A program made the position numbers and the translations under genes. Of a stretch of DNA of 64,000 bases, positions 1-12,191 are shown piece after piece. Location: NCBI GenBank assembly GCA_036785375.1, contig JAWMAR010000353.1, positions 2,356,001 through 2,420,000 on the forward strand. The letters run 5' to 3'. The stretch comes from Leucoraja ocellata. Taxonomy: Eukaryota. The notes beneath the pieces were generated by a model. That model saw nothing but the letters and a program-made list of their open reading frames with translations. It made no database searches and had not been told where the DNA came from. Each line of letters opens with the position of its first letter. The stretch's first letter is position 1.

Positions 1-688
1 CTTCAGACCATCTTCAGGTGGTTATGGGTCTGGCTTATAGCAGGAGTAAATACTGACATTTCAAATCACTCCACCAAGGCCGCAACAACCTCAGCAGCAG
101 GGTCATGGAAGTTAGCGGGACCACATCCTAGCGGTTGCAGGATGGTCAACGTAGCAATTTTCCACAAATTTAGTACTAATCATTACCAGATTGGGGGTAT
201 TTACAAACTCTATGTTAAGTTCTGTTCATAGTTCCTCCGGGGTGAGAGAGGTTACTATTGTCATTATTCATGTTTGAATATGATAACATACTTCCTCCCC
301 TGGTCAACTAAGGCAGTGAGTGAAGCATGGACTCGTTCCAAGGCATGAAATCACAGATCTTTAAAATCTTCACGTAGTCACTTACGTGACTCCGAAGTAA
401 AATAGTAAGATAAACGAGAACTTACCAGTTTGAAGTTTGATCTTTATTTTATAAGGAGTTACGATGAGGGATTACGTGCCCTCCGCTCCCACCCTCTATT
501 ATAAAGGTCAACTGGTATCCTAGTTCTTCTTATCTTACTATGTTTATTTTTACTGTGATTCCACACCGCTGCTTTGAAGAATGTCGCGCATGTGTGCTGG
601 CGGTGTCTTCATGTAATCCCTCATCGTAACTCCTCATAAAATAAAGATCAAACTTCAAACTGGTAAGTTCTCGTTTAATCTTACTATT
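1..688 (+). mobile_element. DIRS retrotransposon 3' end (degenerate tyrosine recombinase C-terminus, internal complementary region, right terminus)
   Basis: KSLHQG/HST-like remnant near 60-100; about 399-477 is inverted-complementary to about 611-688; near-identical to the 15280-15611 terminus. Confidence 0.85.
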
Positions 689-1255
689 AATCCACATTAA
701 ACAGCACTGCCCTGCTTCTTCCCACTCAACCAACCTATACAAGTCACCCCGCAGCCTCATAGAATCTTCCTCGCAGCCCACACTACCACCCAGCATTGTG
801 TCACCCGCAAACTTATTGTTTCATTTAATTCCATCATCTAAATCATTAATATATATTGTAAACAACGGGGGTCCCAGCAGCGATCCTTGCGGCACCCCAC
901 TAGTCACTGCCTGCCAGTATATCCTCGCTCCCCTAGTTTTTCCGGGAGATTGTTTGTGTCGTCCTTAGTGAAGACAAAACTAAAGTACTCGTTTAACTGG
1001 TCTGCCTTTTCATGTTTCCCATTATAAATTCCAATTATAAATCCACCCGTTTCTGAATGTAAGGGAACTATATTTGCCTTCACTAATCTCTTCCTCTTCG
1101 CATATCTTTAAAAGATTTTACAGTCAGTTGTTAAATTCTCCGCATGCTTTCTTTCATGCTCTATTTCCCCCTCAATGTCCTCCTCTGTTGAATTCTAAAT
1201 GTCTCCCAGTCCTCCGGTTTGCTGCTTCCTTTGGCCAATGTTTATGCCTCTTTAT
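689..1255 (-). mobile_element. Old degraded CR1 LINE ORF2 fragments
   Basis: Patchy similarity to the CR1 copy at 9.7-10.9 kb. Confidence 0.7.
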
Positions 1256-2613
1256 AATATATAAGCATCTGGATAAACAGGGTCTGATTAGGAACAGTCA
1301 ACATGGATTTGTGCCTGGAAGGTCATGTTTGACTAATCTTCTTGAATTTTTTGAAAAGGTTACTCGGGAAATTGATGGGGGTAAAGCAGTGGATGTTGTA
1401 TATATGGACTTCAGTAAGGCCTTTGACAAGGTTCCTCACGGAAGGTTGGTTAAGAAGGTTCAATGGTTGGGGATTAATGGAGGAGTAGCAAGATGGATTC
1501 AACAATGGCTGAATGGGAGATGCCAGCGAGTAATGGTGGATGGTTGTTTGTCAGGTTGGAGGCCGGTGACTAGTGGGGTGCCATAGGGATCTGTGTTGGG
1601 TCCACTGTTGTTTGTCATATACATCAATGATCTGGATCATGGTGTGGTTAATTGGATTAGTAAGTATGCAGATTATACTAAGATAGGTGGGGTTGTGGAT
1701 AATGAAGTAGATTTTCAAAGTCTACAGAGAGATTTATGCCAGTTGGAAGAGTGGGCTGAAAGATGGCAAATGGAGTTTAATGCTGATAAGTGTGAGGTGC
1801 TACATCTTGGCAGGACAAATCAAAATAGGACGTACATGGTAAATGGTAGGGAATTGAAGAATGCAGGTGTAGGGAATTGAAGAATGCAGGTGAACAGAGG
1901 GATCTGGGAATAACTGTGCACAGTTCCCTGAAAGTGGAATCTCATGTAGATAGGGTGGTAAAGAAAGCTTTTGGTGTGCTGGCCTTTATAAATCAGAGCA
2001 TTGAGTATAGAAGTTGGGATGTAATGTTAAAATTGTACAAGGCATTGGTGAGGCCAATTTTGGAGTATGGTGTACAATTTTGGTCGCCTAATTATAGGAA
2101 GGATGTCAACAAAATAGAGAGAGCACAGAGGAGATTTACTAGAATGTTGCCTGGGTTTCAGCAACTAAGTTACAGAGAAAGGTTGAACAAGTTAGGTCTT
2201 TATTCTTTGGAGCGCAGAAGGTTAAGGGGGGACTTGATAGAGGTCTTTAAAATGATGAGAGGGATAGACAGAGTTGACGTGGATAAGCTTTTCCCACTGA
2301 GAGTAGGGAAGATTCAAACAAGAGGACATGACTTGAGAATTAAGGGACAAAAGTTTAGGGGTAACATGAGGGGGAACTTCTTTACTCAGAGAGTGGTGGC
2401 TGTGTGGAATGAGCTTCCAGTGAAGGTGGTGGAGGCAGGTTCGTTTTTATCATTTAAAAATAAATTGGATAGTTATATGGACGGGAAAGGAATGGTGGGT
2501 TATGGTCTGAACGCAGGTGTATGGGACATAGGGAGAATACGTGTTCGGTACGGACTAGAAGGGTCGAGATGGCCTGTTTCCGTGCTGTAATTGTTATATG
2601 GTTATATGGTTAT
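1256..2613 (+). mobile_element. 5'-truncated CR1 LINE (RT and 3' end)
   Basis: QHGF..GRSCLTNL, DFSKAFDKVPH, YAD(Y)[14 protein letters not shown] motifs; stop and frameshift; (ATATGGTT)n tail. Confidence 0.93.
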
Positions 2614-2769
2614 TGGATTTAACACGATCTTCATGATCTACATTTTCAATGACCTGAGAATATTTTCGGGCATAGAAGAGTGAGCAGTGCAAGAGAAGCA
2701 TTCATGAGAATTAATGGAAATAGCCCCTTTGGGTATCTATCCTTGTGACTATATTTAATTGTAATTTTT

Positions 2770-3045
2770 GAGATGCCGCATGGATACAGGCCCTTGTGCC
2801 TAACGAGTCCATGGTGAACATCGACCTGCTGTTCACACTAGTTTATTGTTATCCCACTCTCATCCACATCGAACATATTAAAGGCAATAATACACAGCCC
2901 ATTACACCTACAGATCCGTATATCTTTGGGATGTGGTAGGAAACCGGAGCCCGCGGAGTAAATCTATGCGGTGGCAACCTCCACACAGACAGCTCCAGAG
3001 GTAAGGATCGAACCTGGATCTGTGCAACTGTGTGGCAGTGTGCAC
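2770..3045 (-). mobile_element. Degenerate SINE (V-SINE-like with CR1-type tail)
   Basis: GGATCGAACC B-box-like end and GGAAACCGGAG...ACCTCCACACAGACAG core resemble elasmobranch SINEs. Confidence 0.55.
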
Positions 3046-3103
3046 ATTAGGACATGAGCAGGAGCATCACATTAAATACACGCTCCGTGCGTTTTATAGT
3101 GTA

Positions 3104-3415
3104 CTAGACCAAGTGCAGACCCGTTGGGTCTGCTCCCCCAATGGTGTGATTCCCCCAACCCAATATTTCACCATGCACCCATCTCCTCCAATGGAACTGA
3201 AGCCGTTGCCAAATGTAAGTTTCCAGCACTCCCCTTCCTCCCTCAATTGCACCTCCCCTGCCTGCTGCAGCAGTGAAAAGTTCAGTGTTCCTGTCTTGCA
3301 ACTTTGTTTCGAAGTGTGTTGGAAGCTGATAGGAAGGAGCAGCCGTCAACGAATCAAAAGGCAGGAAGGGATCCGTACTGCAGGCGGACGGATTTGAGTT
3401 TTATATATTAATAGA
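3104..3415 (-). mobile_element. Non-autonomous Helitron
   Basis: On the minus strand it starts TC(TATTAATATATAAAA) and ends with hairpin GCAGACCC-AAC-GGGTCTGC then CTAG, inserted between A and T. Confidence 0.75.
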
Positions 3416-5873
3416 TAGATAGATAGATGGAGGGATCTCGTCTCCGCATCCAACCAACACTGCATTTGGCCCAGTGCATTTCATGGGAGAGAGTCAAGTG
3501 AACTTTGTCATTGGGTCTCGTCAAGGATTACCCTCCCCTATAATATTTGTCCGTAAAACAGTTGTGAGGGCTTTGCTCACTATATTAGTAGTACATCCCT
3601 CTACTCTTGTAGAATTGGAACGTGCAATGTATATGGAGATAACCATGTATTTACCAGTGGTGTCATTGCCCGTGGAGTGACTCCAGCAGATATATCGATA
3701 ATGCTTAGCTGTGATTAAATGGTTAAATCAAGGACTTACTCTATCCGTGCAAAGACATTGACTTTTGACTGACCTGTCATTGATGTCAGTTCAATAGACA
3801 TTTTGTAACTTTCTTGGGCCCAGAAACATGGCGACTATTTGTACATTACCTCGGGTGAGGTCTGCTGTGCGATTTTACTAGATTTTATGCAAAAATAAAG
3901 AATTTCACTGTACCTAGCTGCATGTGGCAATAAAGTATCATTGAATCGTTGAATCATTGGTTTTGTTGTATTGCGGTGCATTAATTTACTAAAACAATGT
4001 GAAATATACAATTAATTGACAATTAAATCATAAGGGTTGATAGGTTTAACATAAGCGTAGGGCAGTGCATGTGCCCAAGGAGTATTTCTACCACACTCAA
4101 TAGTCAGAAAGAGATGACTGTTGCAGGAAAATACGCGGGGAAACACATGGATCACAGCATTGGTCGATTTGTAAAACGTCTGTGTGTTCTGGCTAAAGAA
4201 CATGGAATCCAGACCCCACTGATTATCCCAGATATCTTTTACATTTTCACACACGCCTACATTATATCATCCAGTGACATTCACGCAGAAGCGCTCACTT
4301 CATGTACGCGGTTTCAGTGTGCAAAGGGGAACAATGTGGACACCTCTGGCCTTCGCTAAACTGGAATATAATGAGTATCCATTCGGTATTTTACGCATTT
4401 TTACTCATCTGTGTGGTGTGTGACTAGCAATCATACCCACTATATGAACTACCTTATAACTCTGTGTCAGATAATCTCTAAACAGATTCCATACAGAATC
4501 TAATAGACATTGATCCCACTGTAAACATGAAAGTTAATCCCAATCAAACACAGTAGCCGGGATTTACACGATCAGAATTGATACTCCTGACAGTTTAATC
4601 GAAATGATGCAGCATGCAACCAATACGATTGGTAGCTGGAAGTTTGCGAGATATAGATTGCGAGGTAGTTTTTTATTTTGTTAGTTGTAATTCATCATCA
4701 CAGTTTTCAGTGTTTGAGCAGCAGACTGCAAGTGCCTGGTTAATTTAGCAGCATGGCCGACACAGATGTTTCCTTTCAGTTACATGGTGACCTCTTGCCC
4801 ATCATTCATAATTTCGCCACAGAAAATGTAGAAGAGGGGGGATATTCTGATTCGGCAGAATCTTAAATGCATTCCTTCCTTATGCTATTAGTCATTCTAT
4901 CATTTATTCAATGCGTACTCTTATGATAACAAAGACCGTTTGTGCAGAGCCACATAAACACAAACAATTAGTGTGAGGCGTTAATAAAGTTAATTTCGTT
5001 TTCCCCACATGGATTTAATGAACATGTAGTCTTGGACAAGACACGGGGAACCTGATCGATACGGCAGCGAATTAAAATGGATTTGATATAACATAGGAGT
5101 ACAAAAGATAACAGATAGATCGCATGAGTGGGCCGTTTGATCTCAGATTACACGTTAGAAACATAGAAACATCGGATGGAAGCTGCATACTAAATCTCTT
5201 TGCACATATGTGCAATGACAATAAAATATGTTATTATAAACTTGATCATGAATGATTGTCCAAAATGTTACGTTTTCCCTGCCACATCTGTGTCTCACAA
5301 TGTTATTAGCCTCACAACTCGCCGTTCAGGCTGAATTTTAAAAAATGAATGGCATTTCATATGTATTCTGATTCAATTTGATTTCACCTTTCCCCCACAT
5401 ATGATGTGGCTGGAGTCCAACACTCCACCCTTAGCAAAGAGCAGGAGGAGAACGGAAGCACCTGTGGATTATTTAGAGAAATGAATGTACTGGTTCCAGC
5501 CCGATGCACAGAGCTGCTGAATGCAAACTAACAACTCCAAGATCTGCCCAGCAACACGTGTCTCATACCCACAACTGGCGACGCAATTGGTTAACCAATG
5601 GGTCTTTAGGATTCATCATTTAATTGTGCTCTCTGACAGTTTGGACCCAAAGCCACTCTGGACTGGAAGTGAGAAGTGTAAATGATTAATACTCATTACA
5701 TCCATTCACAAATCTGCTAGATGCAGTTCTTGGAGTTGGAGAGATCTAATAATATTTGGATGAATCGGACACATGACGATCAGCAATGATTGGGTTGAAG
5801 GCTGAACCAGTTTTAAGGGCCTAATGGCCTACCTTGCTGCAATCGTTATTGTTCGTGTCTAGTCATGATCCTA

Positions 5874-6205
5874 TGCCCCTGTCCCACTTAGGAAACCTGA
5901 ACGGAAACCTTTGGAGACCTCGCGCCCCACCTAAGGTTTCCGTGCGGTTCCCAGAGGTTTTTGTTAGTCTCCCTGCCTGCTTCCACTACCAGCAAGAAGA
6001 TGGGTTTCGGCCTGAAATGTTGCCTATTTCCTTTGTTCCATAAATGCTGCTGCACCCGCTGAGTTTCTCCAGCATTTTTGTCTACCTTCCACTACCTGCA
6101 ACCTCCAGCAACCACCTGCAACCTCCGGGAACCGCACGGAAACCTTGGGTGGGGCGCAAAGTCTCCAGAGGTTTCCGTTCAGGTTTGCTAAGTGGGACAG
6201 GGGCA
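5874..6205. mobile_element. MITE with long TIRs (PIF/Harbinger-like), carrying a nested Penelope-derived insertion
   Basis: TGCCCCTGTCCCACTTAG... and ...CTAAGTGGGACAGGGGCA inverted arms; insert 5991-6085 flanked by a CTTCCACTACC duplication. Confidence 0.8.
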
Positions 6206-6289
6206 TTACTATAATATTTTTCAGTGTACAACATTGTTGTTTATGAAATCGCATTACAAATATTTCCCTGGAGCATGTCCCATACGCAA

Positions 6290-6735
6290 CAATAGACAAT
6301 AGGCAATAGGTGCAGGAGTAGGCCATTTCCCCCCTTCGAGCCAGCACCGCCATTCAATGTGATCATGACTGATCATCCCCAATCAGTACCCCGTTCCTGC
6401 CTTCTCCCCATATCCCCTGACTGCGCTATATTTAAGAGCCCTATCTAGCTTTCTCTTGAAAGTATCCAGAGAACCTGCCTCCACCGCCCTCTGAGTCAGA
6501 GAATTCCAGACTCGCCAGACTTTGTGCGAAAAAGTGTTTCCTCGTCTCCGTTCTAAATGGCTTACCCCTTATTCTTAAACTGTGGCCCCTGGTTCTGGAC
6601 TCCCCCAACATCGGGAACATGTTTCCTGCCTCTAGCGTGTCCAAACCCTGAATAATTTTATATTTCAATAAGATATCCTCTCATCCTTCAAATCTCCAGA
6701 GTATACAAGACCAGCTGCTCCATTCTCTCAGCATA
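6290..6735 (-). mobile_element. CR1 3' fragment
   Basis: SRTRGHSL motif, GGTGCAGGAGTAGGCCATT 3' UTR, (ACAATAG)n tail. Confidence 0.85.
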
Positions 6736-7417
6736 TGATAAACAGCATAACATGGTAAAAATGACATGTCAGACAGTTTAAATGTGAATAAATGATGATA
6801 ATTCACCTTGACAATGTCAAATACTTTCAGAATCTGGCAGAACATAGTGACGGCTTGGCTGGTCATGGAGTCTGATACCCCTCCAGATGTCCACATCTGC
6901 GCCAGGTGCGTCGAGATGGGGCTCCTAAGGGACCGTGTTAGGAACCTGGAGCAGCAACTCGATGACCTCTGTCTGGTCAGGGAGAGCGAGGAGGTCCTAG
7001 AGAGGAGTTACAGGGAGGTGGTCACTCCAAGACCACGGGAGGCAGGCAAGTGGGTCACAGTTAGGAAGGGCAACGGGCAGAGGCAGGGACTGGTGAGTAC
7101 CCCGTGGCTGTACACCTTGAAAATAAGTACTCATGTTTGAGTAAGGGTGGGGGAGACAGCCTACCTGGGGGCAGCGACAGCAGCCGGGCCTCTGGCACAA
7201 AGACCGGTCCGGTTGCTCAGAAGGGTAAGGAAAAGAAGGGGAGGGCAATTGTAATAGGGGACTCTATAGTCAGGGGGTCGGATAGGCGATTCTGTGGATG
7301 CAGACAGGAGTCCCGGATGGTAGTTTGCCTCCCTGGTGCCAGGGTCAGGGATGTGTCTGAACGTGTCCAAGAAATCCTGAAATGGGAGGGAGAGGAGCCT
7401 GAGGTCACAGTACATAT

Positions 7418-8830
7418 CAAAGACCCTATAGCAGAGCAAGATGGGTTACTCTCACGCAAAAGTGAGGTACGTTCATGGGCGGATTCATGGACGATTTTAG
7501 GCCTCATTTTAGCAACCTGCCTCCGCCATCTTGTTCCAACATCTTGTTCCGCTTTCTTGCTCCCGCCTTCTTGCTTCCGGCCAAAGATTGGATCCGCAGC
7601 GGGGAGAAGGAGTGCGGGGCCCGGGGCAGCGGGGAGAAGGAGTGCGGGGCCCGGGGCAGCGGGGAGAGGGAGTGTGGGGTCCGGGGCAGCGGGGAGAGGG
7701 AGTGTGGGGCCCGGGGCAGCGGGGAGAGGGAGTGTGGGGCCCGGGGCAGCGGGGAGAGGGAGTGTGGGGTCCGAGGCAGTGGGGAGAAGGAATGTGGGGC
7801 CCGGGGCAGCGGGGAGAGGGAGTGTGGGGTCCGGGGCAGCGGGGAGAGGGAGTGTGGGGCCCGGGGCAGCGGGGAGAGGGAGTGTGGGGTCCGGGGCAGC
7901 GGGGAGAGGGAGTGTGGGGTCCGGGGCAGCGAGGAGAGAGAGTGCGCGGCCCGGGGCAGCGAGGAGAAGGAGTGTGGGGCCCGGGGCAGCGAGGAGAGAG
8001 AGTGTGGGGCAGCGAGGAGAAGGAGTGTGGGGCCCAGGGCAGCGAGGCGAGAGAGTGTGGGGCAGCGAGGAGAAGGAGTGCGGGGCCCGGGGCAGCGAGT
8101 AGAGAGAGTGTGGGGCAGCGAGGAGAAGGAGTGTGGGGCCCAGGGCGGCGAGGAGAGGGGCATAGTAGGGGGGGGGGCGGTGGACATTGGAGTAAGGGGG
8201 CAGGCGAGAGAGTGCCGGGGGGGATAAGGCCTAGTGTGTGTGAAGTTGCAGGGAGTTTTACAATGTTTCTTATTTACAATGTTTTTTATTTAATGTCCCT
8301 TGTCTAGTCTGAAATAAAGTTCATTATTGGTTTAGAAGAAATATAATTGTGTGTGTTATATACATTTATATAATTTTCATGTATGTGTGTTGATAAACAT
8401 TTTATTCTTTAACAAGAATCAACAGAATTATGAACTAACAGAATTATGAATCTAACCCTATAATCACGCACAAAAAGTCCCCCCTGTCAATCACCCTGCG
8501 AGTCGGGTCGGTTCCGGTTACTACAAAATCAACTCAAATACTGCTTGTGAGCCATTTAAAAAGAAATGAATTAAAAAACATTAAAAAAGACAATTACCAG
8601 AATCAAATTTTATTCTTGACAAGAAGTTTGAACTGACAGATTTATGAATCTAACCGACACAAAGTGTTGCCCCGCAACATTGATTACAGTGCGAGTCGGG
8701 TCGGGTTAGGTAGGCTCAGGTTGCTAAAATGGGCGTGGAAAAATGCCCATGATCCCCTCCATAGCGTACTACACGTCAGTCCATTGCATTTAGCAGGAGT
8801 AGCCTATCTTGCTCTGCTATAGGATCTTTG
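7418..8830. mobile_element. Non-autonomous hAT DNA transposon (1413 bp)
   Basis: About 34-bp TIRs CAAAGA(C/T)CCTATAGCAGAGCAAGAT...; 8-bp TSD GTACATAT at 7410-7417 and 8831-8838. Confidence 0.92.
7594..8160 (+). repeat. G-rich 30-bp minisatellite (CCGGGGCAGCGGGGAGAGGGAGTGTGGGGY) inside the hAT element
   Basis: Tandem units visible directly, degenerating towards the 3' end. Confidence 0.95.
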
Positions 8831-8909
8831 GTACATATAGGTACCAACAACATAGGTAAAAAAAAGAAGAGGTCCTGAAAGGAGAACTTAGGGAGTTAGG
8901 AAGAGAGTT

Positions 8910-11900
8910 AACATAGAAACATAGAAACATAGAAATTAGGTGCAGGAGTAGGCCATTCAGCCCTTCGAGCCTGCACCGCCATTCAATATGATCATGGCTG
9001 ATCATCCAACTCGGTATCCCGTACCAGCCTTCTCTCCATACCCCCTGATCCCCTTGGCCACAAGGGCCACATCTAACTCCCTCTTAAATATAGCCAATGA
9101 ACTGGCCTCAACTACCCTCTGTGGCAGAGAGTTCCAGAGATTCACCACTCTCTGTGTGAAAAAAGTTCTCCTCATCTCGGTTTTAAAGGATTTCCTCCTT
9201 ATCCTTAAGCTGTGACCTCTTGTCCTGGACTTCCCCAACATCGGGAACAATCTTCCTGCATCTAGCCTGTCCAACCCCTTAAGAATTTTGTAAGTTTCTA
9301 TAAGATCCCTCTCAATCTCCTAAATTCTAGAGAGTATAAACCAAGTCTATCCAGTCTTTCTTCATAAGACAGTCCTGACATCCCAGGAATCAGTTTGGTG
9401 AACCTTCTCTGCACTCCCTCTATGGCAATAATGTCCTTCCTCAGATTTGGAGACCAAAACTGCACGCAATACTCCAGGTGTGGTCTCACCAAGACCCTGT
9501 ACAACTGCAGTAGAACATCCCTGCTCCTATACTCAAATCATTTGCTATGAAAGCCAACATACCATTCGCTTTCTTTACTGCCTGCTGCACCTGCATGCCT
9601 ACCTTTAATGACTGGTGTACCATGACACCCAGGTCTCGCTGCATCTTCCCCTTTCCCAATCGGCCACCATTTAGGAAATAGTCTGCTTTCCCGTTTTTGC
9701 CACCAAAATGGGTAACCTCACATTTATCCACATTATACTGCATCTGCCAAACATTTGCCCACTCACCCAGCCTATCCAAGTCACCTTGCAGTCTCCTAGT
9801 ATCCTCCTCACACCTAACACTGCCCCCCAGCTTAGTGTCATCCGCAAACTTGGAGATATTGCCTTCAATTCCCTCATCCAGATCATTAATATATATTGTA
9901 AATAGCTGGGGTCCCAGCACTGAGCCTTGCGGTACCCCACTAGTCACTGCCTGCCATTGTGAAAAGGACCTGTTTACTCCTACTCTTTGCTTCCTGTTTG
10001 CCAGCCAGTTCTCTATCCACATCAATACTGAACCCCCAATGCCATGTGCTTTAAGTTTGTATACTAATCTCTTATGTGGGACCTTGTCGAAAGCCTTCTG
10101 GAAGTCCAAATGCACCAAATCCACTGGTTCTCCCCTATCCACGCTACTAGTTACATCCTCGAAAAATTCTATAAGATTCGTCAGACATGATTTACCTTTT
10201 GTAAATCCATGCTGACTTTGTCCAATGATTTCACCACTTTCCAAATGTGCTGCTATCCCATCTTTAATAACTGACTCTAGCAGTTTCCCCACTACTGATG
10301 TTAGACTAACTGGTCTGTAATTCCCCGTTTTCTCTCTCCCTCCCTGCCTTCTTAAAAAGTGGGGTTACGTTTGCTACCCGCCAATCCTCTGGAACTACTC
10401 CAGAATCTAAAGAGTTTTGAAAGATTATTACTAATGCATCCACTATTTCTGGAGCTACTTCCTTAAGTACTCTGGGATGCAGCCTATCTGGCCCTGGGGA
10501 TTTATCGGCCTTTAATCCATTCAATTTACCCAACACCACTTCCCGACTAACCTGGATTTCACTCAATTCCTCCAACTCCTTTGACCCGCGGGCCCCTGCT
10601 ATTTCCGGCAGATTCTTTATGTCTTCCTTTGTGAAGACGGAACCAAAGTAGTTATTCAATTGGTCCGCCATATCCTTGTTCCCCATGATCAACTCACCTG
10701 TTTCTGACTGCAAGGGACCTACATTTGTTTTAACTAATCTCTTTCTTTTCACATATCTATAAAAACTTTTGCAGTCAGTTTTTATGTTCCCTGCCAGTTT
10801 TATTTCAGAATCCATTTTTCCTTTCCTAATTAAGCCCTTCATCCTCCTCTGCTGGTCTCTGAATTTCTCCCAGTCCTCCGGTATGCTGCTTTTTCTGGCT
10901 AATTTGTACGCATCATCCTTCGCTTTGATACTATCCCTGATTTCCCTTGTTATCCACGGATGTACTACCTTCCCTGATTTATTCTTTTGCCAAACTGGGA
11001 TGAACAATTTTTGTAGTTTATCCATGCAGCCTTTAAATGTCTTCCATTGCATATCCACTGTCAACCCTTTTAGAATTAATTGCCAGTCAATCTTGGCCAA
11101 TTCACGTCTCATACCCTCAAAGTTACCTTTCTTTAAGTTCAAAACCATTGTTTCTGAATTAACAATGTCACTCTCCATCCTAATGAAGAACTCAACCATA
11201 TTATGGTCACTCTTGCCCAAGGGGCCACGCACAACAAGACTACTAACTAACCCTTCCTCATTACTCAATACCCAGTCTAAAATAGCCTGCTCTCTCGTTG
11301 GTTCCTCTACATGTTGATTTAGATAACTATCCCGCATACATTCCAAAAAATCCTCTTCCTCAGCACCCCTGCCAATTTGATTCACCCAATCTATATGTAG
11401 ATTGAAGTCACCCATTATAACTGTTTTGCCTTTGTCGCACGCATTTCTAATTCCCTGTTTGATGCCATCTCCAACTTCACTACTAATGTTAGGTGGCCTG
11501 TACACAACACCCACCAGCGTTTTCTGCCCCTTAGTGTTTCGCAGCTCTACCCATACCGATTCCACATCCTCCAAACTAATGTCCTTCCTTTCCATTGCAT
11601 TAATCCCCTCTCTAATCAGTAACGCTACCCCACCTCCTTTTCCTTTCTGTCTATCCCTCCTGAATATTGAATATCCCTGGATGTTCAGCTCCCAGCCTTG
11701 GTCACCCTGGAGCCATGTCTCCGTGATCCCAACTATATCATAATCATTAATGGTTATCTGCACGTTCAACTCATCCACCTTATTAAGAATACTCCTTGCA
11801 TTGAGACACAAAGCCTTCAGGCTTGTTTTTACAACTCTCTTACCCTTATACAATTATGTTGAAAAGTGGCCCTTTTTGATTTTTGCCCTGGTTTTCTCTG

Positions 11901-12104
11901 CCTGCCACTTTTACTTTTCACCTTGCTACCTATTGCTTCTACCGTCATTTTACACCCCTCTGCCTCTCTGCTCTTGTACCCATCCCCCTGCCACATTAGT
12001 TTAAATCCTCCCCGACAGCACTAGCAAACACTCCCCCAAGGACATTGGTTCCATTAGAGTCCAGGTGCAGACCGTCCTGTTTGTACTGGTCCCACCTCCC
12101 CCAG
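8910..12104 (-). mobile_element. CR1 LINE: near-complete ORF2 (APE + RT, frameshifted) and end of ORF1
   Basis: LNARS, GITETW, GDFN, SDH (endonuclease); FADDTK (RT); DGLHL (esterase); (CATAGAAA)n tail. Confidence 0.95.
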
Positions 12105-12191
12105 GAGAGAAGGACTGCAAACATCACCGCCACGTCAGGCAATGCGCAAGACTCGCTGGTCTGGGAAGAGACAGAAGAAACACCCATAACC

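Larger units (their letters stand above)
6830..8910 (+). mobile_element. CR1 ORF1 fragment (zinc finger/coiled coil + SGNH esterase), split by a hAT insertion
   Basis: HICARC, VIGDSIVRG, CLPGARV, VHI|GTN; matches ORF1 at 45.5-46.2 kb. Confidence 0.85.

Noticed and set aside
7104-8307. Overlapping repetitive ORFs (GAAGRGSVG, GSGERECG)
   Set aside because: Produced by the 30-bp minisatellite inside a non-autonomous hAT; only the N-terminal CR1 esterase part is real
9671-11743. Antisense and alternate-frame ORFs over CR1 ORF2 (also 47.9-48.7 kb and over DIRS pol)
   Set aside because: Shadow frames of retrotransposon coding sequence with no independent motifs
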